Source: Chiloscyllium plagiosum (taxonomy: Eukaryota). From it: a stretch of DNA of 64,000 bases. The stretch spans positions 17,337,875 to 17,401,874 of the forward strand of contig NC_057718.1 of the NCBI RefSeq assembly GCF_004010195.1. Direction: 5' to 3'. Positions 38,243-49,946 of the stretch are shown one piece after another (position 1 is the first letter of the stretch; every line of letters starts with the position of its first letter). The position numbers and the translations under genes are program-made. The notes beneath the pieces are model-generated. The model was not told the origin of the DNA, did not search any database, and saw nothing but the letters and a program-made list of their open reading frames with translations.

Positions 38243-38625
38243 ATGTGACTCTGACTTTGTCCACCGGGTCCAACATGGGCAGCTCCACATCTTGAGTTCA
38301 GATTAGCGCGTCAATGTAATGTAACATTGTTCAAGTGGCATCTTTCAGATCAGTTCAGGAAGATGTGGAAGATCTCATGTCACGGTACAATTAGTTCTTC
38401 CAGTGGTCTGACGAATAATTCTCCCTCAACTGGTCCTATTAAAAATTAATTACCTGATTTTTGAAGTCCCTTGATCACTTGTCCTTGCATATTGACCCAT
38501 TTCCAACATACTGATAACATTAGGTATATCTCATTATCACCTCTCTTGATTTTTCTGTCTGTGATTTGTCATACTAAAGTCTGAAATCCATCATTAAATT
38601 AGCAGAAATTTCCTCCAATTAATTA

Positions 38626-38939
38626 CAGGTACGCATCCTTTATCCAAAACCATCAAGATCAGTGGTTTTCGGAATTTGGACCTTTTCTGATCTCTGAATA
38701 ATTGACAGTTTTACAGTGAAATAAAAAAAATACAAACAGTGGATGTACCTGTGAGTACTACAAGTGCTGAGACAGAATTGACTCCTACCAGTGCTGGACC
38801 ACACTGCCACATCACATCTGAGTGATGTGCGTCGAGAGGGTGTGGAGTTGAGTTAACTGTTTGCATGCTAAACTACCTTGTTATGGAGAAAAATCTTCAT
38901 GAAAATCTTTGGATTTCGGGATTTCAGATTGTGTACCCG
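38626..38939. mobile_element. Tc1/mariner-superfamily (Tigger/MER46-like) non-autonomous DNA transposon
   Basis: TA|CAGGTACGCATCCTTTATCCAAAA left end; decayed right end GATTTCGGGATTTCAGATTGTGTACCCG. Confidence 0.55.
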
Positions 38940-38989
38940 GGTTGGGAAAGTGATAACTATTGGTTTGTGATTTATTATCCATATTCTAC

Positions 38990-39420
38990 CTTGCACCTAG
39001 CCCCACTTATCCTTCCAACCTGAACTTGCTGTTCACAGTTGGTTTATTGTTTGGCCATGCCTTAATTTTTTAAAATTTTCATCCTTGTTTTCAAATATCT
39101 CCATGACCTTGGAGCTCATTGCTGTCTGAAATCTTTGCATTCGTCCATTTACATCTTGCAGATCCCTAAGTGTTTTCTTTTCATATCATCATTGGTGACA
39201 TTGTCTTCAGCTACCAGGGGCCTAAATTCTGTTATATCCTCCTTGAAAATCTATTTTGCACACTGACTGTCTTTAAGGTGATCCTTAAAAATCTATCTTC
39301 TGATCACCTGTCTTAATATCTCTCTTTATGGCTCATTGTTGAATTTTGTTTAACCTTTTGCGCTGATGAAGTGCCTTCTGATGTTTTGCTGTGCTAAGGG
39401 CACTGCAAAGGACAAGCTTT
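38990..39420 (+). mobile_element. Old L2-clade LINE 3' remnant
   Basis: TTTAAAATTTTCATCCTTGTTTTCAAAT...TTCAGCTACCAGGGGCCTAAATTCTG...GAAGTGCCTT; related to the reverse complement of 8850-9300. Confidence 0.5.
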
Positions 39421-41448
39421 TTTTTGTCGGACTGTTGTAAGTATAATTGGCTGCATTGTTGATGTAATATGATAATAGTGGCTGAAATTCATTGGTTGTG
39501 AAATGCTCTGGGATGACCTGAAGACAACAAAATATTAATTTGCTGTTGGTCCCTTTCCATCCCTATGCCTCCTTTTACTTTTGTATTTTCTACACTTTTT
39601 TTTCTCTCCTTTTTATTCTGTCTGTCTCTTTAGTCTTCCTCATTGTGTTTCTGTCTTTATCCCTTTTCTATCAGTCCTTGTTTCTTTGACAATCTTCCTA
39701 TCAACTTAAAGAGAGAAATTGCTGGAAATAGTCAATAGGTCAAGCAGGCTATGTGGTGAGAAAACCGTTAAGGTTTCAGGTTGAATACCTTGTCATTTAC
39801 TCTTCGTAGTCTATTTTTGATTATCTGATCAGGTGCCACATAATTCCTCCTTGCCAATGATTGTGTTTTGCATTTATGCATTTAAAGAATTTGTTCAATA
39901 TCCTTGAGCAAAATTTATTTAATGACAAAAAATGTAAACGTTCATGATATAAACTCCCTATGGTCTTAACCAAAGTTAATTAAAATCAGAACACCCCTAC
40001 TGTACTCGGGCAATGATTTTTGTGTGCTCTATAGGAGTAGGTTTAAATGTCGCATGTTCATTGTATCTGTGCCAAAAATAGGAGTAACTAGTCTTCGAAT
40101 GTACATTGTAGTTTTATAATTTTTCACATTATATTCTGTATTAAAAATGAATGATTTTGAAGTATGTTTCCTTCTCTAATGACTGTGTACTTAAATGAAT
40201 GTTTCTGTTTTGGTCAGATAAACATGCAATACAGAAAGTATTTCTACATATAGTTGTTTAGCTGATTTTGTAATTACTTTATCATATTACGTGCAACAGA
40301 TTTTGGCTTAAGTCAGTGTTTTAACTTCTGAACAATGGCAGCTTTTGCTTTTATTATTTGTGCTGTATTGTTTCCTTGAAGCTTGCTTTAGAGAGGTTAC
40401 AGCAACTTATCAAATTATATAGAACAGATACCAATTAGAATGGTATATTCTGCATTCAGTTAAAGGGGAAGTGACTGACCTTTGGCAATGAAGATAATAC
40501 GATGTAACTGGAGAGGGAATACGTGAAGTCCATGCGCCTAAGACATTTGGAGAGAGGTGGGCACCACAGTAGCTGGGGTGCATTACTTTTTCACCTAATT
40601 CCAATTGTTGATCCCTTTTGTTATTGTTAAATTACCCATGGTGAGTAGTGATTGTGGTTAGTTAATTCTTTAGTTCATCGTTAGGTGATTTGGTGATGAC
40701 TATATTATTTAAGAAAAAAGCTGAGGTCTTGAGAATTGTTATGTTCAAGGAAAATGTATAATGTTTTTCCTTTTTGAGACATTTACCTAAAGGATACCAA
40801 ATTATTCTTTCTTAAAATTCTTAAAACACTAATTACAGACCTGCAAACTGACTCTTCCACTTGCGCTGCGTTTTTTCGTTAATTATGAGTGAAACATCCT
40901 ACTGCTATATGTTGAAGAGTTTAGATAGAAACAACGTAAAAGTTTGCATATCTTTTCCAGAAAGGAGATTGGAGACTTGAAAGTTTATACTGATAACTCT
41001 CTCACTGATTTGAGGTTTCTGCCAAGATCACTAATATTTAAGGAAGCTAATCTGTTGTCGTCTTCTGGTGGTGTGTGTGTGTGAGAGTGTGAGAGAATGA
41101 GAACCAGGTTCTATCCATTTGAGAAACTTTTTGACATTGATCAGTTTTTATTTTTCTATTTGTATGTTGCTAATTAGAGCTGATGCTTATTCTGTAACTA
41201 TAAACTTCCAGAGTGACTGAGTCTGTGTCTGATTTTCCCCCTCTCTGTCCCCCACTCCTTCTGCCTTTATTTTGATGCACTTTCTTTACCTATCTCACTA
41301 ACAGTCCACCCCTTCAAAAAAATCCATGTTTGAAGAGAAAAAGGTTCTTATTACAAATATATTGATACTGTGATGATGCCACTTTAAAAGGGTTATTTTG
41401 TCTTTGTTTTTTTTTTGAAGAAATGTTATTAAGGCAGAAGTACCAAAG

Positions 41449-41742
41449 CAGTGAAAGTGAGTACTGCAGATGCTGGAGATTAGAGTCAAGATTAGAATGG
41501 TGCTGGAAAAGCATAGCAGATCAGGCAGCATCCAAGGAGCAGGAAAATCTACGTTTTTGGGCAAAAGCCCTTCATCAGTTATGAGGCTGGAGTCTCTGGG
41601 GCGGAGAGATAAATAGGAGGAGGGTGGGGCTGAGGGGGGGGAAGGTAGCTGAGAGTGCAGTAGGTGGACAGAGGTGGGGGTGAAAGTGATAGGTTGGAGA
41701 AGAGGATGGAGTGGATAAATGGGAAGGAAGATTGACAAATGT
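41449..41742 (-). mobile_element. Penelope-like family A 3' end with decayed hammerhead
   Basis: AAAATCTACGTTTTTGGGCAAAAGCCCTTCATCAG; possible TSD TACCAAAG at 41441-41448 and 41743-41750. Confidence 0.8.
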
Positions 41743-41789
41743 TACCAAAGTACTAAATGGTAGCAAAAGATACCAAAGGGTCTAGTTTA

Positions 41790-42231
41790 ACAATGGAAGG
41801 GAAGTGGCCAGTTCTCCCAGTTCAGGTTTTTTCTAGTTTGTTTTAGCTGTAGCAGTCATAAGATTTGAGTCCAGGGGAGTTGCAAGCTTCAGTAAAGAAC
41901 TCCTCTGACCCTCTTCTGAAATATCTTTGGACATTGTTTCCTCCTGCCTGTAAAGAATCTGTTTATGGAATGATACAATATTGGAACAGTCAATTAGTAA
42001 TAGTTACTATATTGGGTCAGTTAAGATTTCCAGTAGTTATTCTAAATTCCATTTTCTTTTGCATTTAAACTGTAGTGTTTAAATAAATTCAGTTTTGTTT
42101 AAAGCTAAGTAGTTTAACCAGCTGCATCACATCTGGAATATCCATTTTTCCTTGCCTTTAAAGTAAGAAAATATTTGGTTTGGACTCCCTTCTTAAAATA
42201 TTTTTGAGGGGATCTGGCCTGGTCCATAACA
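41790..42231 (+). mobile_element. Partial solo LTR-like repeat, family L1
   Basis: Ends CTGGTCCATAACA with an upstream AATAAA; similar to 36920-37407. The start is approximate. Confidence 0.65.
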
Positions 42232-42290
42232 ATACTGTGTAATGAGTGCATGGGATGCTGTGCTCAGTTGAAGCTAACTATGTGGATTAG

Positions 42291-42501
42291 TAGTCATGAT
42301 TCGGAGATGCCGGTGTTGGACTGGGGTGTACAAAGTTAAAAATCACACAACACCAGGTTATAGTCCAACAGGTTTAATTGGAAGCACACTAGCTTTCGGA
42401 GCGACGCTCCTTCTGTCGCTCAGAAGGAGCGTCGCTCCGAAAGCTAGTGTGCTTCCAATTAAACCTGTTGGACTATAACCTGGTGTTGTGTGATTTTTAA
42501 T
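42291..42501. mobile_element. Miniature fold-back Penelope-like element, family B
   Basis: Perfect 80-bp arms 42336-42415 / 42421-42500, 5-nt loop, 45-nt tail, TSD TATGTGGATTAG at 42279-42290 and 42502-42513. Confidence 0.92.
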
Positions 42502-43224
42502 TATGTGGATTAGAGCCATAATACTGTACTTGTAAACAAAAGAAATGGGAAGCACTCCTGTTGGTGGAGAACTAATGGTATTTGGTCAGACCCACTAAAA
42601 TTGGCTATCTAGTGCTGTTGGGTTTAGAATTATCAAATTCCTTTATACTTATGAATGCTGTTGACAGTCAGAGCATTTGTGAATCTTCTGTTGGAAGAAT
42701 CTAATATAATTTTAAAGTAGAAATAGTTCAGTGAAGAGTTTCTATTCATGACTTTTGACAGTTCAGTTATTCTCTGTAAGAACAAAGCATGGTGACAAGG
42801 GACAGCGATGGTAGTATATTTCATAATGACGCTGATAGTGTTGGTAGATATTGTTGCTGGCATACAAACTTGCCTTGAGGGCATGAAATAATTGCTGCAG
42901 AAATACATTTCCACTGGGAATTGAGAGCTCCTAATTATACTTCTGTTTGCTGTACCATGTCACAATCCAGGGCTTTCATGAAGTGGAACTGGTCGGTTTG
43001 TCCAAGTATTTGTTCAATATTCAATTATGAAGTGGACCCTTTTACAAAATAATTCAACTTCCTAAAGTCTTTGAGGAGCAATTTTACTAGATTCCTCTGC
43101 TGACAACAATTGTGAATAAAATTCACAGTACAATGGTGTGATAGACCCTTCTCTGACTCTCACTGAAATTTAACTGGAAAGGGGCCTTTCTAAATTAACG
43201 TTTGAGTTACTTTCTGAAAATAAT

Positions 43225-46200
43225 TGGGAGGGACAACTTACCAGGGGAAAGCAGTGGGGTACAGGACTCTGGCACAGAGTCTGTCCCTGCTGCTCAGAAG
43301 GGAAAGGAGAAGAGGAGCAGAGCAGTAGTCATTGGGGACTCCATAATTAGGGGGACAGATAGGAGGTTCTGTGGGGACGAGAGAGAGTCACGGTTGGTGT
43401 GTTGCCTCCCAGGTGCCAGGGTTCGTGATGTCTCTGATCGTGTTTTTGGGATCCTTAAGGGGGAGGGGGAGGGGGAGCAGCCCCAAGTCGTGGTCCACAT
43501 AGGCACCAACGACATAGGTAGTAGCAAGAGAGATGGGGATTTAAGGCAGAAATTCAGGGAACTAGGATGGAAGCTTAGAGTTAGGACGAACAGAGTTGTT
43601 GTCTCAGGTTTGTTGCCGTGCCACGTGCTAGTGAGGCAAGGAATAGGGAGAGAGAGGAATTGAACACGTGGCTACAGGGATGGTGCAGGAGGGAGGGTTT
43701 TGGATTCTTGGATAATTGGGGCTCTTTCTGGCGTAGGTGGATCCTCTACTAGCAGGATGGTCTTCATCTAAACCAGAGGGGTATCAATATCCTGGGGGGG
43801 ATATTCGCTAAGGCTATTGGGGTGGGTTTAAACTAATCCAGCAGGGGGATGGGAACCAAAATTGTAGTTCAAGTATAGAGTAGGTAGGTCCAAAATCAAG
43901 TTTCAGGGATGCAAGATGGCACTGGCAAGCAAGAAGTTGGTTTGATTGTGTCCACTTCAACGCCAGGAGCATCCGGAATAAGATGGGTGAACTTGTAGCA
44001 TGGGTTGGTACCTGGGACTTCGATGTTGTGGCCATTTCGGAGACATGGTTAGAGCAGGGACAGGAATGGTTGTTGCAGGTTCCAGGATTTAGGTGTTTCA
44101 GTAAGAACAGAGAAGATGGTAAAAGAGGGGGAGGTGTGGCATTGTTGGTCAAGGACAGTATTACAGTTGCAGAAAGGATGTTAGGGGACTCGTCAACTGA
44201 GGTAGTATGGGCTGAAGTTAGAAACAGGAAAGGAGAGGTCACCCTGTTGGGAGTTTTCTATTGACCTCCGAATAGTTCCAGAGATGTAGAGGAAAGGATA
44301 GCAAAGATGATTCTCGATAGGAGTGAGAGAGATAGGTAGTTGTCATGGGGGACTTCAACTTTCCAAGTATTGACTGGGAGCACTATAGTAAGAGTACTTT
44401 AGATGGTTCAGTTTTTGTCCAGTGTGTGCAGGAGGGCTTCCTGACACAGTATGTAGACAGGCCAACAAGGGGTGAAGCCACATTAGATTTGGTACTGGGT
44501 AATGAGCCCGGCCAGGTGTTAGACTTGGAAGTAGGTAAGCACTTTGGTGATAGCAATCACAATTCTGTTATGTTTACTTTAGTGATAGAAAGGGACAGGT
44601 GTATACCACTGGGCAAGAGTTACAGCTGGGGGAAAGGCAATTACGATGTGATTAGGCAAGAGTTAGGAAGCATAGGATGGTGAAGGAAACTGCAGGGGAT
44701 AGGCACATTAGAAATGTGGAGTTTATTCAAGGAAAAGCTACTGTGTGTCCTAGATAAGTATGTACCTGTCAGGCAGGGAGGAAGCTGTAGAGCGTGGGAG
44801 CCGTGGTTTACAAAGGAAGTGGAATCTCTGGTCAAGAGGAAGAAGAAAGCTTATGTTAGGATGAGATGTGAAAGCTCAGTTAGGGCGCTTGAGGGTTACA
44901 AGGTAGCAGGAAAGTCCTAAAGAGAGAGCTCAGAAGAGCCAGGAGGAGACATGAGAAGTTGTTGGCGGATAGGATCCGCGGAAAGGGTGGACGCTAGGAA
45001 ATTGTTTCTGTTAGGCGAGGAGACTAGGACCTGTGGACACAGCCTTAGAATTAGAGGGGGTAAATTCAGAACAGAAATGTGGAGACATTTCTTCAGCCAG
45101 AGAGTGGTGGGCCTGTGGAATTCATTGCCGCAGAGTGCAGTGGAGGCCGGGATGCTAAATGTCTTCAAGGCAGAGATTGATAAATTCTTGATGTCATAAG
45201 GAATTAAGGGCTACGGGGAGAATGCGGGTAAGTGGAGTTGAAATGCCCATCAGCCATGATTGAATGGCAGAGTGGACTCGATGGGCCGAATGGCCTTACT
45301 TCCACTCCTATGTCTTAGGGTTTACCCTGATCCTAAGACCATAAGGCTTTCTATAGGTATTTAAGGAATAAAAGAATGACAAGATAAGATTAGGGCCAAT
45401 CGAGGATAGTAATGGGAAGGTGTGTGTGAAGTCAGAGGAGATAGGGGAAGCACTAAATGAATATTTTTCAACAGTATTCGCTCTAGAAAACGACAATGTT
45501 GTCGAGGAGATTACTGAGATACAGGCTACTAGACTAGTGTGATTGAGGCTCACAAGGAAGAGGTATTAGAAATCCTGCAGAATGTGAAAATAGATACGTC
45601 CCCTGGGCTGGATGGGATTTATCCTAGGATCCTCTGGGAAGCTAGGGAGGAGATTGCTGAGCCTTTGGCATTGATCTTTCAAACGTCATTGTCTACAGGA
45701 ATAGTGCCAGAACACTGGAAGATAGCAAATGTGGTTCCCCTGTTCAAGAAGGGGAGTAGAGACAATCCTGGTAATTATAGACCAGTGAGCCTTACTTCAG
45801 TTGTTAGTAAAGTGTTAGAAAAGGTTATAAGAGAGAGGATTTATAATCATCTAGAAAAGAATAATTTGATTGGGATAGTCAGCACGGTTTTGTGAAGGGT
45901 AGGTCATGCCTCACAAACCTTATTGTTCTTTGAGAAGGTGACCAAATGGGTAGATGAAAGTAAACCGGTTGATGTGGTGTATATGGATTTCAGCAAGGCG
46001 TTCAATAAGGTTCCCCACAGTAAGCTATTGTAAAAAATGCGGAGGAATGAGATTGTGGGAGATATAGCAGTTTGGATCAGTAATTGGCTTGCTGAAAGAA
46101 GACAGAGGGTGGTGGTTGATGGAAAATGTTCATCCTGGAGTCCAGTTACCAGTGGTGTACCGCAAGGGTCAGTGTTGGATCCACTGCTTTTCGTCATTTT

Positions 46201-46915
46201 TATAAACTACCTGGATGAGGGCGTAGAAAGGTGGGTTAGTATATTTGCAGGCGACACTAAGGTCGGTGGAGTTGTGGATAGTGACGAAGGATGTTGTAGG
46301 TTACAGAGAGAGACATAGATAAGCTGCAGAGATGGGCTGAGAGTTGGCAAATGGAGTTTAATGCGGACAAGTGTGAGGTGATTCACTTTGGTCGGAGTAA
46401 TCGGAATGCAAAGTACTGGGCTAATTGTAGTGTAGATGAGCAGAGAGATCTGTGTCCAGGTACACAGATCCTTGAAAGTTGCCACCGAGGTTGACAGGGT
46501 TGTTAAGGAGGCATACAGTGTTTTAGCTTTTATTAATAGAGGGATCGAGTTCCGGAACAATGAGGTTATGCTACAGCTGTACAAAACTCTAGTGCGGCTG
46601 CACTTGGAGTATTATGTACAGTTCTAGTCACCGCATTATAAGAAGGATGTGGAAGCTTTGGAAAGGGTGCAGAGGAGATTTACTAGGATGTTGCCTGGTA
46701 TGGAGGGAAGGTCTTATGAGGAAAGGCTGAGGGACTTGAGGCTATTTTCGTTAGAGAGAAGAAGGTTGAGAGGTGACTTAATAGAGACATCGAAGATAAT
46801 TAGATGGTTAGATAGGGTGAACAAGGAGAGCCTTTTTCCGAGAATGGTGACGGCGAGCACGAGGGGGCATAGCTTTAAATTGAGGGGTGATAGATATAGG
46901 ACAGATGTCAGAGGC
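43225..46915 (+). mobile_element. Long decayed CR1 LINE: ORF1 SGNH/GDSL esterase domain, APE endonuclease and RT
   Basis: VVIGDSIIRG, CLPGARVRDV and VVHIGTND (esterase blocks); VAISETWL, MGDFNFP and LDLVLGN (APE); NYRPVSLTS and SGVPQGSVL (RT). Many stops and frameshifts. Confidence 0.95.
44977..45317 (+). mobile_element. Second CR1-family 3' fragment nested inside the long CR1
   Basis: ORF FFSQRVVGLWNSLPQSAVEAG...FKAEIDKFL and tail CCTATGTCTTA in the middle of host ORF2. Confidence 0.9.
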
Positions 46916-47050
46916 AGATGCTGGAGATCAGAACTGAAAAATGTGTTGCTGGAATCCTGAAGAAGGGCTTATGCCCGAAACGTCGATTCTCCTGCTCCTT
47001 GGACGCTGCCTGACCTGCTGCGCTTTTCCAGCAACACATTTTTCAGTTCT
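46914..47050 (+). mobile_element. Miniature Penelope-like family A element with short inverted arm and intact hammerhead
   Basis: AGAACTGAAAAATGTGTTGCTGGAA / TTCCAGCAACACATTTTTCAGTTCT inverted repeat; it truncates the CR1 3' end. Confidence 0.85.
46951..46990 (+). ncRNA. Minimal hammerhead motif, intact core, sense to FEZ2 intron
   Basis: GGAATC CTGAAGA AGGGCTTATGCCC GAA ACGT C GATTCT: stem I GAAUC/GAUUC, predicted cleavage after C46984. Confidence 0.75.
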
Positions 47051-47389
47051 CAGTTCTAATGGATAGACTGACAAACGGGAAGACACCCAGATATCATTCA
47101 TTTATTTACAAAAAATATTTTCAGACAAATTTTTCAAATCCTTTTGCATTTGCTGTGAAGGAAAACTGATAAGAGTATATCTAATACCTGTTCATGCCTG
47201 AACTGCTGTTTTTTTTTTACTAGCAGAACTATATTATCATTTTGGACAACAATATGTCGAACCTCTTGGCCTGGTTTTAATGTTTATATTTGCATTTCTT
47301 AGTTTTGGCAGTTCTCCCCTCTGACCTCCTCTTGCACCTTTTTGAAGTGATTACAGACTGTTTGTTTTCTTAGGGGGTGCTTTACACTG

Positions 47390-47945
47390 TGTTATGGACC
47401 AGACCAGAACCCCTCAAAATATTTTAAGAAGATAGCCTAGACCCTAACTTATTTTTATTTTAAAGGTAAATGTGAGGTGTTATGTACCTTCTGCAATTCA
47501 ATTGATCAAACTACTCCATATTAAGCAAAACTGGAAAAATTAACAGAATATTAGGTCCGGTAACTATTACTAATTTATATAGTACCATCCCATAAACACG
47601 CCTTGGCAAAAAGGCAAATTCAGAAAATCGATTGTCTCACATGCGTCTCCCATAGCAGGTAGAGAACCCTCACCTTGTGGCTGTAACTGAGAGGAAAAAA
47701 TAACTTGCACCTCTTCATGACTCCAACACAACTGCTGAAAGCTAAACCTAAAATGTCTGGTTGTGTGTGTGGGAGCTTGATCACACCAATTCAGGCGCAT
47801 CAATTGTTCCAGCTTTTAAAAAAAGAAAACCCCAAGGCTTCACAAGTTGTTTATCTTTTCGTTAACTGCTCGTTACCAGTTTCCCCAATCTTTCTCTAAA
47901 GAAACCAGGACAAAACACACCTCTTAAAGTTACAGTGTCGTCACA
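47390..47945 (-). mobile_element. Solo LTR-like repeat, family L1 (556 bp)
   Basis: TGTTATGGACC...GTCGTCACA termini; flanks ACTG / ACTA (4-bp TSD, 1 mismatch). Confidence 0.75.
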
Positions 47946-49946
47946 ACTATCAGTATTCATCCTCGTAGCTTAGTCAAGTAGTCACTCCTGTTTGGTTGTA
48001 GACCTGATGTTGATAATTTACTCAATCTAAACATGTCCAAACTGAACATTCATATGTATATCTGTCCAGTTAACGCTTAGATATTAAATGTTTTCAAGTA
48101 ACTTAAATAATTTTAAGAAAGTAAATTTCTTTTACTTTCTCCATCCAAGAATGTAGTGTGGTGCCCCTAATGCCAAGAAAGCATTGAAATTAGATCCAGT
48201 TTTTTTTTTCCTCGTTAAAACTGGTATAACGTTGTAATTTACATGGCACTGCTAAAATGCTGCACTTGAGAAGTTTCTCTGACTATCCTAAGTTATTCCA
48301 CAAAAGAATTGAATTGGATCCTTTGTTTTCTATGACATTAAAAACAAGAAGAATTTCCTGCTACTGCACTGTCAATCACAAGCTGCTTTCTGTTCCTCAG
48401 ATTGAAGGCACCATTGTGAAAATGCAATTTTTCTCCTAAACAGAATTGCTGTTAAGCCTGTTCTGCTTCATTTTCTGACACTGCTACTCACTGAAAATAT
48501 TCAGTTTCTAATTTGACCGTGCTGATTACAGTCCATTTCCTATGATAATGTCAAGACTGCTGTTCAAGAATCAGAAGCCTTTATGCTCCGAAAATGAATC
48601 TGTCAAGATAAAAGTGGTGTATATTAATATTCATAGTGCATATTAAATTGGGGCAGCATGAAATACAATACTGTATGATTGTTCTTATCATAGCACTTTT
48701 TATAAATCTGTGTTCTCAATCGTTCTTAATAAGATTAGGTAACCATCTGAAGAACTTTTGTTTCTCAAATCATTTAAAGATTTCCAATTGCCCTTGCATC
48801 CTTTGCAAAGTTGGAGCATTCTTTAAATCTCTAATTTTGCATCTCAAGCACAAATTTATATTGAAATATGGTTATACAGTGCCAGCTTCCTTGTCTTATT
48901 CAAGTGACTATTTGAGTTTAAACAGCAAATGCCAGAAAGCTGATCAAGTGATCCTAACTGCTCCACGTATATGTGCACACATGCTTTCTCTGACTTTATT
49001 CCCTGTGTGAACTGCGCATGTTCTTTGCCTCACTCTTGCTGTCTTGCTAGATGAATGTCTTTTGTTCACATTCTTCTGAGGAGTATAAAGAGGTTGAAAA
49101 TGGGAACACAGTTTCTGCTACTGAAAGAGAATATTTAAGCAGCAGTTCTTCCAGTAGAATACTGATGACAAACAAATCTATAATGGCTTAAAACAATTGG
49201 TGGCTGAATGCCTAAGAGAAGGATTCAAGACTATAGGTTTGAGAATTATATGGCGATAGGCTAGATGGATCCAAGATATTACACAATTTCACAAAAAAAT
49301 CCGCAAGTCAGTGTCTCCAACACATAGCAATATGCACAGTAAAAACAACCACAGAACTGTCCAGCAGAGTTACAGACTAGCAAGCTTGGATATTTTGAAT
49401 TCATATTACAGCACCTCTCTCAACGTAAATGAGGCATGGCTCTGACTTTAAATATGCAAAGTGGAAATTTGGTTTGGTTTGGTTTTGAAAAACACAAAAT
49501 AACTAATTTGAAAATTGACTGGTCAGTATAAGATATCCATCCAGATTCAAATCTGAATTAAAAAGCTCCTTTATTAACTGTTTATTGAAACTTAAAATTA
49601 GACTTCGCATATTTTAGGTTTTCAATTTTTATTTGTTGCAATTGGATTTTTCTCAAAATAAGCAAAGTCAATAAATTACCTTAATTAGTCTTATCGTCTG
49701 CTGGACTTGTGTAAAATGTTACTTTTTTTTCTAGAAAAAGGTATGGAATCCTTCAAGTGTAATATCAAAATAGGGTCCCATGTGCCACCCTAAGGACCAC
49801 AAACATAGGGTTCCCACAGAGGAGTGTAATTTAACTTCAGTACTATTTCTGTTCCAGAACCTGTTTACATTCGTAAAAGACTCTAGGCTAAAACATTATT
49901 TTTATATAAAGTTTCAGTAAATTATATTGATTGCCTTTTTAACACT

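Noticed and set aside
42296..42555. Overlapping plus and minus ORFs with identical peptide; miRNA-like or terminator-like hairpin
   Set aside because: A direct consequence of the palindromic PLE insertion; no evidence for a gene or a conserved miRNA.
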